Shown piece after piece: positions 57,001 to 64,000 of a DNA stretch of 64,000 nt. Positions within the stretch are counted from its first letter, which is position 1; the number at the start of each line of letters is the position of its first letter. The position numbers and the translations under genes are program-made. Origin of the DNA: an uncultured Caldisericota bacterium (GTDB lineage Bacteria; Caldisericota; Caldisericia; UBA6126); assembly GCA_964422555.1 (NCBI GenBank), contig CAYRBR010000002.1:4434-68433 (forward strand), in the 5' to 3' direction. The notes under the pieces were generated by a model. It made no database searches, was not told where the DNA came from, and saw only the letters and a program-made list of their open reading frames with translations.

Positions 57001-57634
57001 GATCTGGGTTTAATGCGTTGTCACGGAATTTTTTTACAGCATCAAAATCAAACATTGATCTTAATTCATCGTCGGAATAGATTTCAATCTTTTGGATTTC
57101 ATGCGAGGATCGGAATCCATCAAAAAAATGAACAAATGGTAATCTACCTTGAACACTGGATAGATGAGCAACAGCTGCTAGATCCATAACTTCCTGGATT
57201 CCACCTGAAGCTAACAAAGCAAAACCAGTTTGTCTTGTAGCCATTACATCAGAATGATCTCCAAAAATTGAAAGTGCATGAGCAGCAACAGCTCTAGCTG
57301 AAACATGGAATACGCCTGGTAGTAGTTCTCCAGCAATTTTATACATATTAGGTATCATTAACAACAAACCTTGTGATGCAGTAAAGGTAGATGTTAAAGC
57401 ACCTGCTGCTAAAGAGCCGTGTACTGCACCAGAAGCTCCAGCTTCTGATTGCATTTCAACAACATCAACAGTTTGTCCAAACAGATTCTTTCTTCCATTG
57501 GCAGCCCAAGAATCCATATGTTCTGCCATCGGGGAAGAAGGAGTAATTGGAAAAATAGACGCAACATCAGTAAATGCATATGCAACATGAGCGGCAGCAG
57601 TATTGCCGTCCATGGATTTCATTTTTCTTGCCAT
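54095..57634 (-). CDS. por: Pyruvate:ferredoxin (flavodoxin) oxidoreductase, single-chain PFOR
   Basis: 1179 aa. N-terminus MDGNTAAAHVAYAFTDVASIFPITPSS. Ferredoxin-like CIQCNQCAFVCP and CTGCGNCADICP. TPP domain GGDGWSYDIGYGGLDH. Confidence 0.95.
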   Translation of the reverse strand: MARKMKSMDGNTAAAHVAYAFTDVASIFPITPSSPMAEHMDSWAANGRKNLFGQTVDVVEMQSEAGASGAVHGSLAAGALTSTFTASQGLLLMIPNMYKIAGELLPGVFHVSARAVAAHALSIFGDHSDVMATRQTGFALLASGGIQEVMDLAAVAHLSSVQGRLPFVHFFDGFRSSHEIQKIEIYSDDELRSMFDFDAVKKFRDNALNPDHPKIMGTAQNPDIYFQAKESANLFYDALPEIVEKNMEKVSKITGRSYHLFDYYGDPDAERVIIAMGSATETMEETVDYLLSKGEKVGLIKVRLYRPFSAKHFLSALPKTVKKIAVLDRTKEAGSNGEPLYLDIRNVFYRNEHAPIIVGGRYGLGSKDTTPSQIKAVFDNLKLDTPKNQFTIGIDDDVTNTSLVETERIVTAPKGTIRCKFWGLGSDGTVGANKNAIKIIGDNTDMYAQGYFAYDSKKSGGVTVSHLRFGDKPIKSTYLIHEADYIACHNQSYIGHYDVLEGLKKEGIFVLNCKWDESELSDMLPSSVKCHLAKNNIKFYTINATKIAEEIGLGNRINMIMQAVFFKLSGVLPLEKAIELLKKAIKDTYGKKGEKIVNMNYAAVDKGIEDIKQIEIPSEWSSLSVDDEKSSNNDDVPAFIKNILEPMNLQKGDNLPVSAFTTRENGEFPSGTSAYEKRGIAINVPHWIPENCIQCNQCAFVCPHAAIRPFLLDEKESSQSPDGFRTIPGKGKGLDKYQFVIQIDPLDCTGCGNCADICPAKDKALTMKPLDTQLSEQENFNWAVESVSEKLDEVNIHTVKGSQFVKPLFEFSGACAGCGETPYAKLATQLFGDRMLIANATGCSSIWGASAPSIPFCKNANGKGPAWANSLFEDNAEYGFGMLLAVDQIRNRLKVLMEELITLDIDPEMKSVFENWIQNKEIAKESKLYSMEILKLLGSSFQGRVGEIMDQISQRKDYLVKRSVWSWGGDGWSYDIGYGGLDHVLASGRDINILVFDTEVYSNTGGQSSKSTPEAAVAKFAAAGKRTKKKDLGRMLMSYGYVYVAQVAMGANKNQLMKAMSEAEAYPGPSLIIAYSPCINHGLKLGMGKSQEQEKRAVEAGYWHLYRFNPTLKEEGKNPFILDSKEPTASFQEFIKSEVRYTSLEKSFPEIAQDLFDKAEEDAKERYETYRKMAEGSVV

Positions 57635-57721
57635 GACTTACCCCACTTTACATAAAGAGATTTTCAAGCTTTACTATACAATGAAACAAGGAATACACAA
57701 CCAGAAAAAACAACAGAAAAG

Positions 57722-60700
57722 TTACTTTGACTTCGGCAATCGTATGATAAATGTAGTACCTTTTCCTACTGTTGATTCCACATTAATTGTCCCATTAAAC
57801 AGATCAACAATCTCTTTACATATTGCAAGACCCAAACCCGTACTTCCCGATCTTCTATTGACTACCCCTGATGTTTGAGAGAAAACTCTAAACAGTTTTG
57901 GGATTTCCTTTTTTTCAATCCCTTTTCCCGTATCAATAACTCTAAATTCAATCCATTGCTTCTCTTTCTCCTGAGCCTTTATCGTAACACTTCCTTCGTC
58001 AGTATACTTTATTGCATTGTCAATCAAATTACCAAATACTTCATATAACTTATCACTATCAATACTAATCGCAGGATCTTTTAAAGGAATTGAAATTTCT
58101 AATTGGAGATTCTTTTTTGAGGCCACAGGAGTATAGGCATCCTTAATCTCCGTAAAGAAATCTTCAAGATTTACTGCTTCATAACTGAGCTCAACTTTTT
58201 TTGCTTGCAATTTCTGATAATCTAGTACGTCATTGATAATTCTTGATAGTCGATTTATATTATTTTTGCTAATATTTAGAACATTTCTTTGTTCCTTTGT
58301 AACGTCCCCCATGTCCAATATACTAGTAGCTTCTTTAATGACAGTTAAAGGTGTTCTCATTTCATGAGAAACAGTGTTAATAAATTCATTTTTTGCGCGA
58401 TCCATATCTTTAAATATTGAGATATCATAATCTGATCCTCTAAATCCAACGACTGTACCATTAAATAAAATTGGAACACCATTGGATGATACTGAGAGAA
58501 CTTCGCCTTCTTTAGTATTCAATTCGGTAAGTACATTTTCGAATGGAGCTCGTTGGGCCATTTGCTGTTCTAACAGATTCCGAATTTTTTCTTTTTCTGA
58601 ATTGGTATGCAGATCATACCAATTCACTTGATGCAATATTTCATCAGGTCGATATCCTAATAGGTCTTTTATATACGGGCTTATATAGGTTACTAACCCA
58701 GATTTATCAATTTCCCAGATGATTGTTTTTGATTGTTCAGCAACTTGCTCAAGTCTTTTTTTGTTCTGCTTTTCTTCTTCTTCAAGTAAAATTCTTTCCA
58801 GAACTAAGGAAGATTTAAAGGCAAACGAATCGAGAGTATGTAAGTTCTCTAAATCCTTCTTACCGGTTGTCAGAATAAATAGATTTCCAAAATGTCCTTT
58901 ATTGCCGGATAAACCAATCGTATAGGTTGTTTTAACATTGGTCAGTTTTTTTAAGACTTGAATAATACTTTTAGAAAAGATTCCAATTGTTTCCAGTATC
59001 AGCTTATTAGGAATCGCTATCACAGTTCTACTTTGAAGTATCGATTTGTTATCTTCTTTTATCCTAATTCTTTCTCTGCTCAATCTGGTGAAAAAGTATT
59101 GCATAAGTTTCTCGTTTAAAGACGACATACTGGTTGAGTAATTTTTGGATATCAAGGTGTCTTGCTCAGGATTTGTTTGCATAAGAAATACGATACTATT
59201 AGGAATTTTCTCACTTAAGGTTTTTGTAATATATGGGTAAAGCTCGTCTAATGAACTTTTTGTTAACAATTCTTGATGTTTAATAACCAGCCATTCAAGC
59301 TCTTCTTTTTGAAGTTCTGCATTCATTTCAGCTACTTTTCGTTGAGATATGTCAATAATTGTTCCAGTCATTCGGATCGGTTTTCCGTCCTTATTATGGG
59401 CAGTAAATTTACCCCTTTTAGTAACCCAAACCCAGCTACCATCTTTCTTTTGGTATCTTACATCTTCTACGTAATACGGCTTTAATCCAAGCAAAAGCTT
59501 CTGGTAGGCTCTTCGACCGTTCTCTAAATCATCTGGATGAGTAATAGTACTCCACTCTGATATCTTTTTTCTGTTTAATTCTTCAATGGAATATCCCAGA
59601 ATTGATGCAAAACGATGATCAAACAGTAATTTGCCCTCAATTAAATCCCAATCCCAGGAACCAATATTGGATGCATCCAAAGCCAATTCTAGTTTTTCTT
59701 CAGATAATCTAAGACTATCTTCAGCCTTGAGCCTTTTCTGATGGTTAAATATTGATTGCAGAGTATTGTAAAACAAATGACTAACTCGATCTGATAAAGA
59801 GTGAACATAAAACATCGTAGAAGAAGGGAGTTTATATTCAGGATCAGTAACAATAAAGAACCCAATCAATCTTTCATTGTGGGTAATTGGCATCGTAATA
59901 CTAGACAGCATGGTTTTCCAATCTTCTAAAAGTTTATGCTTTCTCAATACATGATGTTTAGTTTGTGCTTTTAAATCAATACCCCAAGATTTTTTCTGCC
60001 ACACCTCAGCTGACAAAGTAAAACTACCTTTTTCATCCTCTTTATGTTCATTAATCCCATGAGAAACCGATTTAAAAACAAGATTCTCATTTTCATCAAT
60101 GTACCCGATCGCTCCATACTTACTTCGAGTATAGTCTAATATAACTTCCAATAGAGCATCAAAGACTGTGGTTTCAGAATTTTCAGCGAATACATTAGCA
60201 AGCGTATTCCTAACTTCGAGATCAAGTGTCATTTCTTTACGTTGCGTTATATTCATAATGGTACCAGTCATACGTACAGGATTACCATTGGAATCTCTTT
60301 CAGTAATTTGTCCCCTATCACTAATCCAAATCCACTTATCATCTTTGTGTTTCACTCGATACTCACATTGAAAAAAGTGTGTTTGCCCTTCCACATGTTG
60401 CCGCGTTTTCATACGACAAAGATTAACATCTTCTGGGTGAAAACGACTTCTCCAAAAATCCATTTTGGAATAGAATCCACTATTGTGTATTTCATCTTCA
60501 GTAAATCCAAAGATACTCATCCACCTTGAGTTTACATGTAACTGATCTGTATCCATGTACCAGTCCCAAGAACCAGATCTAGATCCGTCAAGAGCATACT
60601 CTAGTTGCTTTTTTGTAAATTCTAAATCCTTCTGATATCTGCGTATCTGCGTGAAATTTTCAGCTAGAGACATACAGTACATTGTTCCATCATTTGATGT

Positions 60701-62674
60701 TTTTATAAAGGTTACAAACCATTTTATAGTGAGTATTTTACCATCTTTTGTATAACACTTATTTTCAAAATGATATGATTTTCGTGTTTTCTTTAGGTTT
60801 TGTATCCTCTTATGAGCCTCATCAATGTCATCGGGGTAGTAAAGAACATCTAAAAAACTCTTCCCGATCATTTCCTTGAAAGTCCACCCAAATATATTTT
60901 CGGCAGAATGATTCCATTGCTCAATTTCGCTAACACCATCTTTATATTTCCAGTACATCATCCCCAAAGGAGACAACTGCAAACTCTCAGCCAGATTTTC
61001 CTGAACAGATTTAACTTTCTCAACTTCTCCTACTTGTTTCTTGCTCTCAACCACACGCCAAACACTGTCCATTAAGAGCTTCAAGTGAAGTTCATCTGTT
61101 GTATTGTAATCCTTCTTTTTATTAGCAACACCTACGGTAGCCACAATCTCACCATTAGAAAAAACAGGTATAGCAAGATACTTCTCAATGCTCACGTGAC
61201 CAGAAGGCGTTCCTTTTTTTCTTAAATTTGGTAGTGAAAAATCATTGTCAATAATGGTCTTTCTTAAGCGAACAACGTCACCCCATAAACCTGTTTTGTG
61301 CAGGCTTACATTCGTTTCCTGTTTGGAAACTTCACAATCAGCAATAACCTCTTTTGACCAGTTATTCAGGATAAATGTCTTTTTTTCTATATCAAAGATA
61401 TAGATGTACCCATACTTACTTTCGGTAACACTCATTGCTTCGTTTAAAGCATATCTCAAAAACGATTGTATGCTTTCAGTCTGGTATTGTAAAACACGAA
61501 TAATTGCTTTCATACGAATCTCGGTAGAATGAATCATTTCCTCTGCACTTTTTTGCTGCGATATATCTTCTACTACGGTGGTAAAGAATCCTTTTTTTGT
61601 AGAAAAAGCATGTACTTTGTACCATCTGCCAAAACTCTCTGAATACTGCTCAAACGTAATCTCACTACCCGTTAAAGCAACCTTTCCATATTCTTTGACC
61701 CACTTAAATGTATCTTTTAGGATTGAAGGTATAATTTGGGTAATTCTCTTCCCAATCACCTGATCAGAATTTAGTCCAGTTTGCTTTTCGAATGCACTAT
61801 TCACTTCAACGAACTCATAATCAACCGGTGCACCGTTACTATCAACAATTATCTTGTGGACAGCAATTCCATTTAGTATTCCATTTAGTATCTTCTTATA
61901 CTTATTGTGACTTGCAACAAGTTCCTGTTGAGTTTCGTGTTGCTTTGTTATATCCTCTATTTCACCCCAAATCCCATAAACACTTTCTGCTAAAAGTATC
62001 CGTGCTTTTTTAACTCTAGAAACTCGTTGGTTTCTGCGTTGAATAAATGTCTTCTGATGATCTGATTTTATAATTTCTAGGTCAACATCGCGTATTTGTT
62101 CCGCTTCATCTTCAGAGATAAAGTCAAAGTCATTCTGACCTAATATATCGTCTAATGAAAAACCATAGTGATCTAAAAATGCTTTGTTTACAAATATGTA
62201 TTGAAAATGCTCATTTTTGACAAATATTAGATTATCAGAGAAATTAAAGATATTAAAATATTGATAATCATTTAATGATCCTGCGAAAACCAGCTCTTCA
62301 TAACTTAGCAATACTCTATCAATATGTTGTTTATTACTAATAAAATGTTCAGGGAAAAAGAAGCATCCTTTAAAAATCAGATCGGCTCTTTGAAAGTCAA
62401 TCAGAATATACTGTTTTTTTGTACCATTCAGTTCTATTGATTCAATCTGATGAAAAAAGATATGCCTTGGTTGTTTTGTGTGCATAGAATCGATCTGTTC
62501 TATAAAATCCGTAGGCAGGTTAGTACGACAAGAATCTGTAGAAAAAAGCTCTTTTCCGGATTCATTATGAACTACTTTAAAACAGAATGAATGAAAACTA
62601 TATTTACTAACAAACTTTTGCAATTGAAGCTTCAGCAAACCTTCATCAAGCAAGTGCTCAGATTTTATTGGCAT
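57722..62674 (-). CDS. Cytoplasmic multi-PAS/GAF sensor histidine kinase (1650 aa, no receiver domain)
   Basis: No TM segments evident. Repeated PAS/PAC-like blocks and GAF-like segments. HisKA H-box HEMRTPLTVI, and HATPase_c N/G boxes (DNAIKYT, DTGKGI, GSTGLGLAICKEIV). Confidence 0.9.
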   Translation of the reverse strand: MPIKSEHLLDEGLLKLQLQKFVSKYSFHSFCFKVVHNESGKELFSTDSCRTNLPTDFIEQIDSMHTKQPRHIFFHQIESIELNGTKKQYILIDFQRADLIFKGCFFFPEHFISNKQHIDRVLLSYEELVFAGSLNDYQYFNIFNFSDNLIFVKNEHFQYIFVNKAFLDHYGFSLDDILGQNDFDFISEDEAEQIRDVDLEIIKSDHQKTFIQRRNQRVSRVKKARILLAESVYGIWGEIEDITKQHETQQELVASHNKYKKILNGILNGIAVHKIIVDSNGAPVDYEFVEVNSAFEKQTGLNSDQVIGKRITQIIPSILKDTFKWVKEYGKVALTGSEITFEQYSESFGRWYKVHAFSTKKGFFTTVVEDISQQKSAEEMIHSTEIRMKAIIRVLQYQTESIQSFLRYALNEAMSVTESKYGYIYIFDIEKKTFILNNWSKEVIADCEVSKQETNVSLHKTGLWGDVVRLRKTIIDNDFSLPNLRKKGTPSGHVSIEKYLAIPVFSNGEIVATVGVANKKKDYNTTDELHLKLLMDSVWRVVESKKQVGEVEKVKSVQENLAESLQLSPLGMMYWKYKDGVSEIEQWNHSAENIFGWTFKEMIGKSFLDVLYYPDDIDEAHKRIQNLKKTRKSYHFENKCYTKDGKILTIKWFVTFIKTSNDGTMYCMSLAENFTQIRRYQKDLEFTKKQLEYALDGSRSGSWDWYMDTDQLHVNSRWMSIFGFTEDEIHNSGFYSKMDFWRSRFHPEDVNLCRMKTRQHVEGQTHFFQCEYRVKHKDDKWIWISDRGQITERDSNGNPVRMTGTIMNITQRKEMTLDLEVRNTLANVFAENSETTVFDALLEVILDYTRSKYGAIGYIDENENLVFKSVSHGINEHKEDEKGSFTLSAEVWQKKSWGIDLKAQTKHHVLRKHKLLEDWKTMLSSITMPITHNERLIGFFIVTDPEYKLPSSTMFYVHSLSDRVSHLFYNTLQSIFNHQKRLKAEDSLRLSEEKLELALDASNIGSWDWDLIEGKLLFDHRFASILGYSIEELNRKKISEWSTITHPDDLENGRRAYQKLLLGLKPYYVEDVRYQKKDGSWVWVTKRGKFTAHNKDGKPIRMTGTIIDISQRKVAEMNAELQKEELEWLVIKHQELLTKSSLDELYPYITKTLSEKIPNSIVFLMQTNPEQDTLISKNYSTSMSSLNEKLMQYFFTRLSRERIRIKEDNKSILQSRTVIAIPNKLILETIGIFSKSIIQVLKKLTNVKTTYTIGLSGNKGHFGNLFILTTGKKDLENLHTLDSFAFKSSLVLERILLEEEEKQNKKRLEQVAEQSKTIIWEIDKSGLVTYISPYIKDLLGYRPDEILHQVNWYDLHTNSEKEKIRNLLEQQMAQRAPFENVLTELNTKEGEVLSVSSNGVPILFNGTVVGFRGSDYDISIFKDMDRAKNEFINTVSHEMRTPLTVIKEATSILDMGDVTKEQRNVLNISKNNINRLSRIINDVLDYQKLQAKKVELSYEAVNLEDFFTEIKDAYTPVASKKNLQLEISIPLKDPAISIDSDKLYEVFGNLIDNAIKYTDEGSVTIKAQEKEKQWIEFRVIDTGKGIEKKEIPKLFRVFSQTSGVVNRRSGSTGLGLAICKEIVDLFNGTINVESTVGKGTTFIIRLPKSK

Positions 62675-62833
62675 GGATCATCCTTGTTTAATTGCTTCTA
62701 TGATCATATCCATAGTAATTGAATGAATTAGATTAGTCAATTGATAATTCGAGTTTCAGTTTCACATGCTAGAATCTTTTAAACAGATGATAGTTTTTCC
62801 TAATATTAGATTATAATTAATTGGAAGCAACCG

Positions 62834-63451
62834 TTGGAGGACAATATGATTAATACAAACATTGTTTTGATTGATGCAGTGATTCTTTGTCTGATCTTCT
62901 ATTTGTGTCTTGGATTGTATGCCATAACACTAGCTCTTTTCATTAAACTAAAGAAGAAACCTTTTATCACAAATCAAAGAGCCGTTAATGGCATATTTAT
63001 AACCATACTTTCAACTGCTGGATATTTCCTTTTTTTCCAGAATTCTTCAGTTAGCATTCTTATCATATACCTTCTGTTTGTTGTTGATTTGTATCTTTTA
63101 TTAGTATTTATTCCATCTGAATTCAGAATAATCTGTCTAGCAACTTCCCCCAAGAATGACTTAGTTCGAAGTCTGATGAATCTCAATATCCCTTTTGAGA
63201 ATAAGAACGAGAAATTTCTTCTGATCAATAACGACAATTCAATTGTTTTCAAAAAAACACCATTCTCTACCTTCCGGGTAATTTTAGAAAAAGGCAAAGA
63301 TCACAAAATCATACAAAGACTGGAGAAGGAGTACCGTGATGTTTTAGAACATCGAGCAAAGGTTTTCAGTGTTTCCAGCTCCAACCAGATTCTTATTATT
63401 GGCATTGTTTTCTTGATACTGTCTATCTTACCTCTTTACATTCTAATGTAA
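62834..63451 (+). CDS. Hypothetical membrane protein (205 aa)
   Basis: Three predicted TM helices and a soluble C-terminal segment. No recognisable motifs. Confidence 0.45.
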   Translation: MEDNMINTNIVLIDAVILCLIFYLCLGLYAITLALFIKLKKKPFITNQRAVNGIFITILSTAGYFLFFQNSSVSILIIYLLFVVDLYLLLVFIPSEFRIICLATSPKNDLVRSLMNLNIPFENKNEKFLLINNDNSIVFKKTPFSTFRVILEKGKDHKIIQRLEKEYRDVLEHRAKVFSVSSSNQILIIGIVFLILSILPLYILM

Positions 63452-63563
63452 CATTCGATATATGTTACTATTTTGTCACCATTATTTCCATTTCATCTAT
63501 AAAATAATAGTGTGTGTGCAGACATTATTAATGTCTGTGGGGTGTTTATATATATGTTCTTCG

Positions 63564-63597
63564 AAACCAGGATTCTAATAATCCTGGTTTTTTTTAT
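63564..63597 (+). terminator. Rho-independent terminator (stem AACCAGGATT/AATCCTGGTT, 5-nt loop, T9 run)
   Basis: Perfect 10-bp inverted repeat 63565-63589 followed by TTTTTTTTT. About 110 nt downstream of the membrane protein gene. Confidence 0.6.
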
Positions 63598-63644
63598 AAA
63601 AGTGATGTTTCCTTTCGTTCTTTCTGACAATAAATGAGGTGAAA

Positions 63645-64000
63645 ATGAAGCGAATTGTTTTTACAGGTGGTGGTACAGCTGGACATGTCTTTCCAAACCT
63701 TGCTTTAATTGAGGCACTCCCCCCAGATAAATGGAGTATTCACTATTTAGGAATTTGTTCTGGCGTCGAACACAAGCTGATTGAAGAATGGAATATGAAA
63801 CATAAACATAACATAGTATTCCACAGCATTGAAGGAGGTAAGTTCAGAAGAGATTTAAGCCTGAAAAATGTGTCTGATATTTTTAAAATTAGCAGAGGAT
63901 ACAAGTCGAGTTTGCATATACTTGAAAATATTCAACCCCATATTGTGTTTTCAAAAGGGGGCTATGTCTCGGTACCTCCTTCTTATGCAGCTCATAAGTA
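63645..64000 (+). CDS. murG: MurG-type glycosyltransferase (UDP-GlcNAc:lipid I GlcNAc transferase), N-terminal part; continues beyond the window
   Basis: RBS GAGGTG 4 nt before the ATG. N-terminus MKRIVFTGGGTAGHVFPNLALIEAL matches the MurG G-loop signature. Confidence 0.7.
   Translation, partial: MKRIVFTGGGTAGHVFPNLALIEALPPDKWSIHYLGICSGVEHKLIEEWNMKHKHNIVFHSIEGGKFRRDLSLKNVSDIFKISRGYKSSLHILENIQPHIVFSKGGYVSVPPSYAAHK

Noticed and set aside
57635-57721. Possible promoter upstream of PFOR.
   Set aside because: Only weak -10-like (TATAGT) and RBS-like (GTGGGG) matches are visible on the minus strand. Not confident enough to annotate as a feature.
61867-61890. 12-bp perfect tandem duplication (TTCCATTTAGTA x2) in the histidine kinase gene.
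   Set aside because: It is in-frame (ILNG-ILNG) and too short to be a repeat element. Probably a trivial replication-slippage duplication. Mentioned only as a note under the kinase finding.
63519-63537. Short palindrome CAGACA-TTATTAA-TGTCTG in the murG upstream region.
   Set aside because: Only a 6-bp stem with no U run. Too weak to call a terminator or operator. The convincing terminator is the downstream 63564-63597 hairpin.
1-64000. Looked for CRISPR arrays, rRNA or tRNA genes, and transposase, integrase or phage genes.
   Set aside because: No regularly spaced direct repeats, no tRNA-like TψC/acceptor signatures in intergenic regions, and no recombinase-like ORFs were seen. The window looks like stable core chromosome.

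Overview
This is a chromosomal segment from an AT-rich, apparently anaerobic bacterium. It carries no rRNA, tRNA, CRISPR, transposase or integrase genes and looks like core genome with a few unusual inserts. Genes run in long co-directional arrays, with many ATGA/TGATG start-stop overlaps showing translational coupling.

Genes present, in order:
- the end of an rnf operon (rnfA C-terminus, rnfB), then an unexpected 778-aa single-pass membrane protein, then apbE and a small polytopic membrane protein;
- a cell-shape and division operon mreB-mreC-mreD-mrdA-minC-minD-minE that continues, with overlapping start/stop codons, into an SbcD/SbcC (Mre11/Rad50-like) pair whose catalytic motifs look degenerate;
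- a four-subunit 2-oxoacid:ferredoxin oxidoreductase (delta-alpha-beta-gamma);
- a minus-strand module of ECF-S-like membrane protein, small conserved protein and Fe-S aldo/keto reductase;
- arfB, and an archaeal-type AAA ATPase;
- an oxidative-stress operon (Nudix, desulfoferrodoxin, ferritin, PQQ-repeat lipoprotein);
- a large S8 subtilase with a PA domain and a dockerin-like C-terminus;
- a pseudouridine synthase and an ABC exporter;
- a complete nine-gene V-type ATPase operon;
- a PLP Orn/Lys/Arg decarboxylase, gatCAB and ackA;
- bcp plus a Cys-less bcp paralog;
- grpE-dnaK-dnaJ;
- two unknown membrane-anchored proteins;
- a GGCT-like protein and a TspO-like membrane protein;
- single-chain PFOR, a 1650-aa multi-PAS/GAF orphan histidine kinase, and the start of murG.

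Several clean Rho-independent terminators are visible, including a striking perfect A9-G7CTGAATATTCAGC7-T10 palindrome between convergent genes.

Best candidates for undescribed biology:
- the motif-degenerate SbcCD-like pair hard-wired to the mre/min operon;
- the rnf-embedded giant membrane protein;
- the ECF-S / small conserved protein / AKR-FeS module;
- the paired unknown membrane proteins at 50.5-52.7 kb;
- the Cys-less peroxiredoxin paralog.
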